Below, piece by piece: positions 1 through 9,784 of a DNA stretch of 64,000 bases. Below the pieces are notes generated by a model that was not told where the DNA came from, made no database searches, and was given only the letters and a program-made list of their open reading frames with translations. The position numbers and the translations under genes were made by a program. Source of the stretch: Candidatus Poribacteria bacterium (lineage in GTDB: Bacteria > Poribacteria > WGA-4E > JAJDTR01); the NCBI GenBank assembly GCA_965222225.1, contig CBDCTK010000002.1, forward strand, positions 352,001 to 416,000. The letters run 5' to 3'. Each line of letters begins with the position of its first letter. The stretch's first letter is position 1.

Positions 1-2
1 AT

Positions 3-2531
3 GGCCTTCAAGAGGGAAGTGGGGTTGATGAGCTAGTGTGGATACCTCTGCATCTTCCAGTAGATGGTACCGCTGACGGGCGCTATACAGTGACTATTAC
101 ACCCGTGGATAGCCTTGGCCTTTCTGGCGCTCCCGCACGTTATGAGTTCGTATTGGATACACAGAAACCCGAGCTAATTGGTGTTGACCCACTAAATCTT
201 ACACACGCAGTGTCTTATATTGGCGGGCAGATTATCCAAATTTCTGCCCAAGTTGTGGATGTAGGCCCTGCCGGCTTAGACATCTCAGAACAGACCATTC
301 AACTGCAAGATGCTAATGGATCGCCCGTTCCGGCGGATTTGACGTCTGATGGAGATAGGCAAGTTTTCTTAACATTAGCTCAACCACTAGCCACGAACGG
401 CAGCAACGACGGAGAATACTCCACTATCATCAGCCTAGGCGATCGGGCCGGTAACACGCTTGAGGTTGAGCATACTTTTGTTTATGATACGCAAGCTCCA
501 ACGCTCGTGAATACTGATCCGGCAGGTGATTTAGTTCGAGACGATCTTACTTCGATTGTCGTTGACCTCAGCGATCGTGGAGGTAGTGGCATTGACTTCG
601 CGGTTTCCCATTTGATGCTTTTTGATCCGAACGGCAATCAGGTTAACGGACAGTTGGGTAATGATGGCGTTGGACAACTTACTTTACAGCTCGACGAATT
701 GGCGGAAGATGGCAGTTATCGTATTCGCGTGCTGGCGGTTGACAGAGCTGGCAATGGGGCTAACGCACCATTCGATAGAACTTTCCTCTTTTCCACGAAC
801 CTTCCCACTGTCGTATCGACTGTCCCGATAACGGCACCCGCTGAAAATGCTTTCACACGCACGCCACCGAATCAGGTCGAAGTTGAGTTTCAGTCATCGC
901 CGAATTTGTCCACGGTCAGGTTAATTCACCCTAACGGTACAACCGTACCAGGGCAGCAGATCCGAGATGGAAATCGGCTAATCTACCGTTTATCGCGAGA
1001 ACTAGCTTCCGATGGCTCGGACGATGGTAGTTACACAATCTTGGTGACGCCCGTCAATAGTGCGGGACGAAGTGGTGAGCAGCAGCAATATAATTTCATT
1101 TATGACACTGTTCTGCCAGAAGTTGACGGAATCTTGCCAGTTGTCGAATCGCCGAGCGTTAACAATGCACTGAATGAAATTGTGGCGCTTGTCACAGATG
1201 CAAACCCCGGTTCGTCTATTGACTGGGATGAATTAGACGACTCATGGGTGACCTTCGAGAAACTAGGGCTCGGGCAAAAGATTCGCGGTAGACTTTCAAC
1301 TGATAGAGAACAGATAATCAGTTTTCGCTTGGAATCGCCGTTGGCTTCCGATGGGAGTCAGGACGGGAAGTATCGCGTGATTGTCATGCCGCGGGACCGA
1401 GCGGGTAACGTCGCTATACCGACAGCCCTTGAATTTATCCTCGACACTCGACCGCCAACTATCCACACTGATTCCCTCCTGATTAATGACCGACCGCTAT
1501 TTGTTAGTACAAATCATCCAGACTATCCCTCGGCAGACGGAAGTGGTAGCGGGGTTGTGATTCAGGCAAGAATGTCCGATTTGGGGTCTGATGGAATGGC
1601 GGGGCTTGGTGTAGACCTTTCACGATCGTCGATTGTTGTGACTTCACCCGATGGCACGTCACTGACCGGGAACCTGATACAGAACGGTACTGACACTATC
1701 GTGTTTAAGTCAGGCCCGCTGATCGCTCAAGGATTTTACCGAGTTGAAATCACGAGTGTCGGATTGGATGTAGATGGGCTTGGATTTGCTCCTACTGACT
1801 CCATCACGACTCAGTTCTTGCACGAAACGACAGAACCTGTTGCGGAATTAACCGATTTCGGTGGAAAAACGAGCCTGACGGATCAACCATTGCCGCTGCG
1901 CGGTACGGCGATAGATCCAGTTTCGTTAGTGGAAGAGGGAACTGACGAGGAGCAAGGTGGTACTGATTCGGCTTCAGGGATTGCGTTTGTGGAAATAAGT
2001 GGCACGGGCCCAGACGGTGAACCAATCGAACCGGTGCTGGCTGTGGATAAAAGCGGCGCCGAGTCAGAACCGTGGAGCAGTTGGTCACTTGATTTTCTGC
2101 CGGCACGGTCCGGCGGATACAATCTTGATATTCGTGTGACAGATCGAGCCGGCAACGTCGCTGTATACGATGGCGTAACTGTCAACCTATCCGTCTCTCT
2201 AACATACCGTGGCTCCACCTACAGTTGGCCCAGCCCGCTAAGACACTCAACAGGAGATCGCGCCCACTTTTCCTTTGATGTCAATATACCTAGTGGCTCC
2301 AAAATTAACATGACCTTGAGCATCTATGATTTTGCCGGCGATCTTGTCTTTGAAGACACATTCTCTAACATAAGTCCCGGAAGGGATAGCGATCAACTTG
2401 TGACATGGGATCTAAAAAACCAAGCCGGTGCAGCGATTGCCCGCGGAGTCTATATTTTCCGTCTTGAAGCCGAGGATATCGCAACCCAGAATCTGAGCAA
2501 CGCAGTCGGAAAATTGCTTGTCATCGAATGA
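3..2531 (+). CDS. Large secreted Ig-like (Big) repeat protein with C-terminal FlgD-Ig/T9SS-type sorting domain; 5' end lies outside the window
   Basis: Frame is open from base 3. Repeated ~110-aa beta-sandwich units carry LAxxGSxDGxY and DRAGN motifs. C-terminus ...LSIYDFAGDLV...WDLKNQAGAAIARGVYIFRL...GKLLVIE resembles the CTD/FlgD-Ig sorting domain. Confidence 0.75.
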   Translation, partial: GLQEGSGVDELVWIPLHLPVDGTADGRYTVTITPVDSLGLSGAPARYEFVLDTQKPELIGVDPLNLTHAVSYIGGQIIQISAQVVDVGPAGLDISEQTIQLQDANGSPVPADLTSDGDRQVFLTLAQPLATNGSNDGEYSTIISLGDRAGNTLEVEHTFVYDTQAPTLVNTDPAGDLVRDDLTSIVVDLSDRGGSGIDFAVSHLMLFDPNGNQVNGQLGNDGVGQLTLQLDELAEDGSYRIRVLAVDRAGNGANAPFDRTFLFSTNLPTVVSTVPITAPAENAFTRTPPNQVEVEFQSSPNLSTVRLIHPNGTTVPGQQIRDGNRLIYRLSRELASDGSDDGSYTILVTPVNSAGRSGEQQQYNFIYDTVLPEVDGILPVVESPSVNNALNEIVALVTDANPGSSIDWDELDDSWVTFEKLGLGQKIRGRLSTDREQIISFRLESPLASDGSQDGKYRVIVMPRDRAGNVAIPTALEFILDTRPPTIHTDSLLINDRPLFVSTNHPDYPSADGSGSGVVIQARMSDLGSDGMAGLGVDLSRSSIVVTSPDGTSLTGNLIQNGTDTIVFKSGPLIAQGFYRVEITSVGLDVDGLGFAPTDSITTQFLHETTEPVAELTDFGGKTSLTDQPLPLRGTAIDPVSLVEEGTDEEQGGTDSASGIAFVEISGTGPDGEPIEPVLAVDKSGAESEPWSSWSLDFLPARSGGYNLDIRVTDRAGNVAVYDGVTVNLSVSLTYRGSTYSWPSPLRHSTGDRAHFSFDVNIPSGSKINMTLSIYDFAGDLVFEDTFSNISPGRDSDQLVTWDLKNQAGAAIARGVYIFRLEAEDIATQNLSNAVGKLLVIE

Positions 2532-2609
2532 CAAAGTTCCTTACTGGCGAAAAGCCGCACTCGGGATTGCACCGAGAGATGCCTTGCAAATATCTGTATC
2601 GTTTTACGC

Positions 2610-3581
2610 ATGGAAAAGGAGATTCCAGTGCAAAGAATCGTCTTAGTTCTTACCCTCTGTTTAATTAGTTTTTCCAGTTGGGGTGCCGATATTCATGATG
2701 ACGCCGGGACAACAGGTGCAGCCTTTCTCAAGATTGATGGGGGTAGCCGGCCAGCAGGTATGGGAGGCGCATTCGTTGGGCTTGCGAATGACGTAAATAC
2801 GATATTTTCAAATCCTGCAGGGCTAACCACTGTGCAGGCACACGAACTGACAGCAATGCAGAATTTCGCATTTGCGGATATCAGTAACCAGTCGATTGGC
2901 TATGCACAACGGGAAGGCAACCTCGTTTGGGGCGCGAGTTTTTTAGGCGCTTTTACTGAAATTGAGCGTCGTATTGGTCCAAGCGACAATCCGGATAGCA
3001 CGGTAAACGTCGGAGGATTCGCAGCAGGCTTCTCTCTTGCCTATCCCATATCCCCAAAAATCTCGGTTGGCGCGACAGCAAAAGCAGTTTCGCAGCAACT
3101 CGATCTCCAAAATTCATTTGGCGGGGCGATTGATGTAGGGGCTGTTTGGCGCACATTGGACGACTGCTTGGGGGTTGGGATTGCCGCACAGAATCTAGGT
3201 ATGCTTGACGAAAGTGAAGCTCTGCCGAGAAACATACGCGGAGGGATTGCCTACCATGTTCAAACCCCTTCATCTCAAGCTGAGGACGCACCGCCCAAAA
3301 ATCTCTTCTCTATCGTTGCCGATATTGATGTTCCCGTGATTGCAGCCTATCCCACGTTTCGCATCGGAGCCGAGAATTGGTTTTATGATCTGATCGCCGC
3401 TCGAATTGGTTATAGCATCAGCAAGGGTGAGAATCCCAAGAACGGCGTCACAGTTGGTATCGGGATCCGCCGTAAAGGCGAGGATTCGCTTAAAAGCGTC
3501 CGATTTCAGTTTGATTACGCTCTGGTGCCCGACGCAGATGTTGGTAATTCCCACCGGCTCGCATTTATCACTCGGTTCTAA
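2610..3581 (+). CDS. PorV/PorQ family outer-membrane beta-barrel (likely start GTG 2628)
   Basis: Signal peptide, family motif GAAFLKIDGGSRPAGMGGAFVGLANDVNTIFSNPAGL, C-terminal DYA...SHRLAFITRF ending in Phe. RBS AAGGAG precedes 2628. Confidence 0.85.
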   Translation: MEKEIPVQRIVLVLTLCLISFSSWGADIHDDAGTTGAAFLKIDGGSRPAGMGGAFVGLANDVNTIFSNPAGLTTVQAHELTAMQNFAFADISNQSIGYAQREGNLVWGASFLGAFTEIERRIGPSDNPDSTVNVGGFAAGFSLAYPISPKISVGATAKAVSQQLDLQNSFGGAIDVGAVWRTLDDCLGVGIAAQNLGMLDESEALPRNIRGGIAYHVQTPSSQAEDAPPKNLFSIVADIDVPVIAAYPTFRIGAENWFYDLIAARIGYSISKGENPKNGVTVGIGIRRKGEDSLKSVRFQFDYALVPDADVGNSHRLAFITRF

Positions 3582-3970
3582 CGACTATTCCTTTCGGCCA
3601 AAATCACCACCTTCCGCTGACACTTGCCCGTGCCACGGTCAAGTTTCCTGGTACGCGCCGTTATGTACCCGTTCATGTACGTTGCATTTTTGATACTTTC
3701 AGTGCAACTCATACCACATATTATCCCCCTCAATTTATCTCCAATCCACTCCTTTTGGATCGATTCCACATGGTTAGGAAATTGCAATGAGTTGCAGTCG
3801 TAGTGTTGGTGGGCTATGTTCGACTCCAGGATTGGTTGTAGCGGACTCAACGAATCCTCAACTCATCAAAGGGTGAACTTACGCCCAATCGCTTAGAGTT
3901 GCGTGCACCAAAAGCGTTTGGGAGTTTGGGAAAACGCTTCTTGGCATCAACCCGAAAGAAAAAAGGTCTA

Positions 3971-6298
3971 ATGCGTCAGATATCTACCCGGAACACCAGT
4001 GTCTTAACACTTTTGTTGATGGTGTTCTTACCAACGCTCCTGTTTGCCCAGGGGACAGGTCGTATCAATGGGTACTTGCATGACAAGGTTACCGGAGAAC
4101 CATTGCCCTATGCTAGGGTCATGCTGCAAGACACTCAATTTGCCGCAACATCCGATGTGCGTGGATATTATGTATTGAACGGCATACCGCCAGGTAAATA
4201 CACGTTGATTGTCTTAATGACGCGATATGAGCGGGTTGAAATGCAACTGGAAGTTCAAACCGACGGTGAAATCAGATTTGATGTTGAGGTCGCGCCGGAA
4301 GCAATTCAACTTGATGAAGTGGAAGTGACTGGCGAAAAAACGCGATTCAAAGAAGAGGTGGAAATCAGTCGCACAAATATCAGTTCCAAAGAGATAGTCA
4401 ATACACCGTCTTTTGTTGAAACCGATGTTTTTCGGACAATGCAGCAACTCCCGAGTGTCACTTCACAAAGCGACTTTAGTTCTGCGCTGGTCGTGCGTGG
4501 TGGCAGCCCTGATGAAAATCTCATTCTAGTTGATGGCGCGGAGATTTATAATCCGTATCATCTTGTCGGGTTATTCTCAACGTTTAACGCAGATACGATC
4601 GCCGATGCTAAATTCCTGGCTGGTGGCTATCCCGCAGAATACCCCGGCAGACTGTCATCTGTCTTGGACATTACATCACGAGAAGGAAAGCAAATCAAGG
4701 GAAAGGGAGAAATCTCGCTCCTCAGTAGTAAAATGATGTTGGAAGGGCCATTCTATAAGGGCGCCTGGATTATATCCGGTAGAAGAACCTATTTCGATCT
4801 CATTGCGGACCGATTCAATCTAGCAAGGGGAGAAGATCAAGACTGGAGGTATTATTTCTGGGACGGTCAAATCAAAATATTCAGCGATCTGAATTCAGAA
4901 AACAGGTTGACGTTTTCGACCTTTGATGGACGCGACGTCTTGAGGTTCTTCTTTGATGAAGAGGATTCTGATAACAAGACCGATTTTAGCTTCGATTGGG
5001 GAAATAACGCTCCCAGTCTGAAGTGGCGGTTTGTTCCAAACGCAAAGTTCTTCTCGGAATTTGTCCTGACGCGCTCCAATTTTGATTTCGATGTGAATCT
5101 GAAAGACACAGAATCCGACAGTGCTGGAAACCAAGGCGAAACTGTCGCCAGCGCAACCAATCAAATTCAAGACTATTCCGCCTCGGAAAAATTAACCTGG
5201 TACCTATCTCCTCAGCATACCCTGAAACTTGGAGCGGCGATAAAGAAACTGAGCATGAAATTCAACTTTCATGTCGATAACGTCAATTTCTTTGACATCA
5301 AGCAAAGCCCCTACGTCTTCAGCACTTTTATTCAGGATAAATGGAAAGTCAATGACCTGCTCTCGGTTCAATTGGGATTACGAAGTTCGAAATATGAATT
5401 ACATGAAAACATCTATCTTGATCCTCGTCTCGGATTCAAATACTTATTGTCGGAAGACTGGGCATTTAACGGGAGTTGGGGCAAGTTCAATCAATTCCTT
5501 TTCACTGTGAATGAGGAAGATCAAGTTCTGCAAGTTGTCGATTTCTGGTTACCGGTACCCGAAGAATTTGACGCGATAAAGAATCAGCATTTCATTCTTG
5601 GGATAGAAAGATGGTTCAATTCCGGATTTACCGGATCGATTGAAACCTATTATAAACCCTACAGCAATGTCCTCACCAACAATCCGGATAACGACCCCGG
5701 CATTGAGTTTGATGAATTCATAGCCGGCACAGGGCGCGTTTGGGGATTGGAGTTTTTTTTGAAGAAAACCACCGGAAAAGTTTCAGGCTGGATCGGCTAT
5801 TCATACTCGAATATTGAAAGACGATTCGATTTCAATGGCGATGGTAGGGTCGAAAAAACTGAAAACCAAGCGTCTGAGGTTTATGCATCCAAATATTCAA
5901 GACCACATTCACTCAATTTGGTTGCCAGTTATCAGATGAGTAAAAAAAATCGGGTATCACTGTCCTGGACTATGTCGAGCGGTCAACCGTATACGCCGGT
6001 CGTCGGCAAAGTCTTTCATGAGGGCTACGCGCTGGACGATCCCTATGCGAGAGTGATCAGTATCCAGGGCAGACGGAATTCATCCCGTTATCCACCCTAT
6101 GTTCGGGGAGATATTGCCTGGATTAGAGACATCTCACCCTTTGGAGTGAACGGGAAATTTAAGCTTCAGGTCATCAATTTTACGAATCATTACAACTATC
6201 TAATCTATCTGTGGGATCACAATAGTTCACCTTCAGAAGTTAGCGCGATCAGTATGTTCCCAATTGTCCCGTCTTTTGGATTAGAATTCGAATTCTAG
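3971..6298 (+). CDS. TonB-dependent receptor with N-terminal carboxypeptidase-regulatory-like domain
   Basis: GRINGYLHDKVTGEPLPYA N-terminal domain, plug motif LVVRGGSPDENLILVDG, C-terminal FGLEFEF. ORF is open from 3899; ATG 3971 fits the signal peptide. Confidence 0.9.
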   Translation: MRQISTRNTSVLTLLLMVFLPTLLFAQGTGRINGYLHDKVTGEPLPYARVMLQDTQFAATSDVRGYYVLNGIPPGKYTLIVLMTRYERVEMQLEVQTDGEIRFDVEVAPEAIQLDEVEVTGEKTRFKEEVEISRTNISSKEIVNTPSFVETDVFRTMQQLPSVTSQSDFSSALVVRGGSPDENLILVDGAEIYNPYHLVGLFSTFNADTIADAKFLAGGYPAEYPGRLSSVLDITSREGKQIKGKGEISLLSSKMMLEGPFYKGAWIISGRRTYFDLIADRFNLARGEDQDWRYYFWDGQIKIFSDLNSENRLTFSTFDGRDVLRFFFDEEDSDNKTDFSFDWGNNAPSLKWRFVPNAKFFSEFVLTRSNFDFDVNLKDTESDSAGNQGETVASATNQIQDYSASEKLTWYLSPQHTLKLGAAIKKLSMKFNFHVDNVNFFDIKQSPYVFSTFIQDKWKVNDLLSVQLGLRSSKYELHENIYLDPRLGFKYLLSEDWAFNGSWGKFNQFLFTVNEEDQVLQVVDFWLPVPEEFDAIKNQHFILGIERWFNSGFTGSIETYYKPYSNVLTNNPDNDPGIEFDEFIAGTGRVWGLEFFLKKTTGKVSGWIGYSYSNIERRFDFNGDGRVEKTENQASEVYASKYSRPHSLNLVASYQMSKKNRVSLSWTMSSGQPYTPVVGKVFHEGYALDDPYARVISIQGRRNSSRYPPYVRGDIAWIRDISPFGVNGKFKLQVINFTNHYNYLIYLWDHNSSPSEVSAISMFPIVPSFGLEFEF

Positions 6299-6308
6299 GA
6301 GCAAAACA

Positions 6309-7310
6309 GTGCAGATGTTAAGAATTTCGCTCATCATGCTTTTGTCAACGATTTGTCTCTCCTGTGAGCGAGAACTGGATGTTGCCGATTTCAAAGATGA
6401 TTTCGGTAATTACCAACCGGAATTAAAAGTTTCAGGACGGCTTCGGCATGATAGCCCGGAAGATTCCATCATCCGGATAATCAGAACCGAAGCAATTACG
6501 GATTCTGATGTATTCAACGGAATTGATGATGACGGAGATGGCGAAATCGATGAATACGATGAAACCCTCCCGCTTGTCCAGGATACAACCGCTTTCGTCA
6601 CAGTGACGAATTTGAATTCAGGGGAGAAATACGAATTTCAGTATGTTGAGCTGGCTGATAGGGTCGCCATTCGGTATCGTGAAGATTCCAACGGAGAAGA
6701 TTCCATAAATGGAATTCCCGACGGAGGTTACAAACCCAAGTCAAACGGTTTTCAGGTAGAACTCTATGTCCAATATCGAATAGAAATCTATTCTAGAGCG
6801 TTCGATAAAATGATTACCGGCGAAACAACAGTTTATCCGCCAGTTGAATTCCTTGATATTGATACACTCTCGACCTTTAATGACGACCACATAACGCTGA
6901 AAAGCAATGATGAAAAAGCAATCTTTTGGAAATCAGATTTGAATGTGACTTCATACTTCGTTACAGTTGAAGTACCGGAGCGCATCCGTGAAGATAAACC
7001 AGAATCCGAATTCGTCACTTCAACTTCATATTCATCTTCATCGTCTAGGGATAACGATTTGACAGAAAAGCATGGTGTTTCTATCGGAAAAGAAAACTTC
7101 TTTGTGAGCCGAATATCAAATGCCGGCAAAGTTCTGAGAATCACGGTTGAAGCGCTGAGCCCAGAATATGGGCATTATATCTTTTCATCATTGCCATTGA
7201 ATGATGCGCGAAGATCAAATCTTCGGGATCAAGATGGGAAACCCGTGATGGGCGCTTTCGGGGCAACCGCCGCGAGAAGCATACATGTAGCGATTGAAGA
7301 ACCTAGATGA
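6309..7310 (+). CDS. DUF4249-like lipoprotein, partner of the TonB-dependent receptor
   Basis: Lipobox CLSC followed by ERELD; C-terminal SNL...MGAFGA typical of DUF4249; 10 bp downstream of the receptor; contains a DDDGDGEIDE Ca-binding-like loop. Confidence 0.7.
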   Translation: MQMLRISLIMLLSTICLSCERELDVADFKDDFGNYQPELKVSGRLRHDSPEDSIIRIIRTEAITDSDVFNGIDDDGDGEIDEYDETLPLVQDTTAFVTVTNLNSGEKYEFQYVELADRVAIRYREDSNGEDSINGIPDGGYKPKSNGFQVELYVQYRIEIYSRAFDKMITGETTVYPPVEFLDIDTLSTFNDDHITLKSNDEKAIFWKSDLNVTSYFVTVEVPERIREDKPESEFVTSTSYSSSSSRDNDLTEKHGVSIGKENFFVSRISNAGKVLRITVEALSPEYGHYIFSSLPLNDARRSNLRDQDGKPVMGAFGATAARSIHVAIEEPR

Positions 7311-7724
7311 GGCGTACTGTTTTCATCGTCTGAATGGAATGCCACAAGCGTCCCTTCACCCACTCTCTTATCATTCGGATAAAGACATTATAGAATAATA
7401 GCGCCAGATAAGCCATTTAGAGCCTGATTATATCATTTGATTCGGTTTCGCATCATGTAAATTGAAGCAATGCACATCATAGTCTCAGCGGTTTTAGGAT
7501 TGGAATTCCATCTGTGATTCGATGATCGAAGATCCGTTTTTCTATTGACTGACTTTAGGAGATCTCTTTTTCCAGTCCAAAATCTATCTTATGCAACTGT
7601 CTAGTTTTTAGGGGTAATTACAAGTAAGTTGATTACCACTGCGGCACGGGAAGTAGCTTCCCGATTTGATAACCAATTATTCATTCCCCACCGTCCAAGC
7701 GAGGTGGAATTGGGAGGAACAAAA

Positions 7725-8405
7725 ATGCGAACAACAAGGTTTAATAATTGTGTGGCGCTGCTACTATTATCGGCGGGGTTCTGGATCGGGTGTGCTGCTA
7801 GAGTTGTAGACGACTCGAAACTCCAATACCTCGCCCCCGAATTTACATACAACTCGCTCTCCGAGTACGGTTTGAGCCTGCTCCCTGTAGTTGCAGGCGA
7901 GGGACAAGAAGGGCTACGCAGACCATTGGCAGCAAAGCTTGAAGCCCACCTTGCCACTCGGCTGCCAGAAGGGAGATTCGCGGGGGCAATCCAGACGCTC
8001 GATCTGATTAACGAAGCGAATTTGACAGAAGCCTATGCGCAGATGATCGATGATTATGCGCGAGCCGCGATCCTCAATAAAAGGACGCTCCATAGAATTG
8101 GCGAAGCCACTGGAATTCGATACCTCTTGCATGTGAAACTCTTGGATCAGTCTCGTACAGAACGACTTGCGCAGGCTTTTCTATCGGATGACATCGTCAG
8201 CTTGGAGGGCAAAAACGTCAGTATCTTCGGACAAGTCTGGGATTGCGGTTTGGGTGACGTTGTTTGGGAAGGTACGGGCGAGGTTGCTGCCGAGGTGGAG
8301 GTTGAATTCCAGTATGTAAAGCAGGACATCGATTATCTCGTGAGCATGGCGGCTCAATCGTTCTTAAACAACTTGCCGGGCATTCAAATTCCACGTGCCA
8401 ATTAA
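7725..8405 (+). CDS. Lipoprotein, LpoB/CsgG/DUF799-like fold (uncertain)
   Basis: RBS GGAGG before ATG 7725; lipobox WIGC; pattern LHRIGEATGIRYLL...VWDCGLGDVVWEG resembles TolB-N/CsgG-like lipoproteins. Confidence 0.55.
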   Translation: MRTTRFNNCVALLLLSAGFWIGCAARVVDDSKLQYLAPEFTYNSLSEYGLSLLPVVAGEGQEGLRRPLAAKLEAHLATRLPEGRFAGAIQTLDLINEANLTEAYAQMIDDYARAAILNKRTLHRIGEATGIRYLLHVKLLDQSRTERLAQAFLSDDIVSLEGKNVSIFGQVWDCGLGDVVWEGTGEVAAEVEVEFQYVKQDIDYLVSMAAQSFLNNLPGIQIPRAN

Positions 8406-8456
8406 GCATGAGTTGGGGACGCGGCGGCACATTTTGATAGTGGCTATTGCACAAGA

Positions 8457-8514
8457 CTGTAGGAGCGATCTCCCAATTGCGACATTCTGTCGCGAGCAGA
8501 ACTCACTCCTACAG
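8457..8514. repeat. GTAG-type REP doublet (empty, no 35-bp insert)
   Basis: CTGTAGGAG...CTCCTACAG inverted ends; homologous to 36027-36116. Confidence 0.7.
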
Positions 8515-8530
8515 AAGACGCGTGATGAAG

Positions 8531-8565
8531 GGATTCCTATCGCCCTCAGTATCTGTGCGGTTGAT
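8531..8565 (-). repeat. 35-bp structured insert element, copy G
   Basis: Minus strand reads ATCAACCGCACAGATACTGAGGGCGATAGGAATCC, directly after GTAGTAGAG. Confidence 0.8.
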
Positions 8566-8580
8566 CTCTACTACAAACCG

Positions 8581-8596
8581 AACTGCGTAAGTCCTA
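8581..8596. mobile_element. IS701-like terminal repeat (end of a non-autonomous element)
   Basis: AACTGCGTAAGTCCTA; its reverse complement matches the IS701 end at 63497-63512 at 15/16 positions. Confidence 0.6.
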
Positions 8597-8847
8597 TATG
8601 TATAATACTGAATTGGAATGACTACATATTTCGCTCAATGATGTCAATCATTGATTGTTGCCACCTATAATTCGCTAGAATCCGCCATTTTTTATCCGGT
8701 GATGCTCGTTGATTGGTTTGGGACAACATATCACCAAACAGAGATTATCTAACCCGGGACGCGAATTGCGTCCCTTTACTCAATGTGAAACCGGATGAAA
8801 TTCCTGTTTTAACTGGCGTCAAAACTACTCTAATATCTGAGGGAGGC

Positions 8848-9582
8848 ATGAAACACATGAGAATCATAAGTACCACCAATCAATATCCTAATCCGATTCT
8901 GGCGTTCAGCGTTGGAATTTCTTTAACCGTGTTGTGTTTTCTGTTTCTCAGTTGCGGTGCACCAACCCAGAACGAGCAATGGCCTATTGCCGAACTTAAA
9001 CATTCAGGTTCCGGCAAAACTACGGTTCCCGGAAAATCCGCTAAGGAACCGTCATCATTACCGGCGAGCGCAGAGATTACCCGAAATCTGCTGCGCCCGT
9101 TGGTTGAAACCTTCGAATCACAACGACCACAGAATTTCAATGCGCTTAACGCAACCACAGTTAGCAGAGCGTATAGCCTCACGTTTATTTCGAACTGCGA
9201 TTTGGATGTTTTGAAGGGATTTATTGCAAAAGGATGGGCACCCGTTGTGTCACTGCGCGGCACTGGCAGTAACTCGCGACTTTGGGCTATGGTCGGATAC
9301 GATGCGATAGGTCAAGTTCATTTGGAAAACCCAACAAACAATCAGAGGAAAACCTCAAGAGAGGAGGATTTCACAACTCAGTGGGAATTGGCATCGGATA
9401 ACAGGTGTGCCCTAATCACACCTGGCAGGTTAGACCAAGCGAAGGTCCAGATGGAGCTAAATCGCTATCTTCCTCCATCTAAAGTCGCTCAAGTTAAAGT
9501 TCTGAGGTCGTTACAAGGACGCGCTGCTGCGCGAGGTGGTTCTTCGCCACAATCAAGGACTCGAAGTGGAAGTAATCGTTGA
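8848..9582 (+). CDS. Lipoprotein with a degenerate peptidase C39-like domain
   Basis: RBS GGAGG before ATG 8848; lipobox FLSC; DLDVLKGFIAKGWAPVV...AMVGYD...HLENP...F...W follows the C39-like pattern. Confidence 0.5.
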   Translation: MKHMRIISTTNQYPNPILAFSVGISLTVLCFLFLSCGAPTQNEQWPIAELKHSGSGKTTVPGKSAKEPSSLPASAEITRNLLRPLVETFESQRPQNFNALNATTVSRAYSLTFISNCDLDVLKGFIAKGWAPVVSLRGTGSNSRLWAMVGYDAIGQVHLENPTNNQRKTSREEDFTTQWELASDNRCALITPGRLDQAKVQMELNRYLPPSKVAQVKVLRSLQGRAAARGGSSPQSRTRSGSNR

Positions 9583-9784
9583 TTTAAACTTGAGGTTCTT
9601 TACATTCACTGGGCGAGATTTATACGCTAGTCCATTCGAAACGGAGCACCGTAAATCCTCTTATGATTGTCTCATAAATGAGCGGTCCGGAGCCCAGAAA
9701 CCGTGATGGTATTAGATCAATTATGATTCAAACGGTACAGATTATGTCCGGGACCATGGTTCCGATAGGTAGGAGGTAATTCAA

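Noticed and set aside
3578-3850. 90-aa minus-strand ORF between the PorV-like gene and the TonB receptor
   Set aside because: No recognisable motif or RBS; probably non-coding or decayed DNA.
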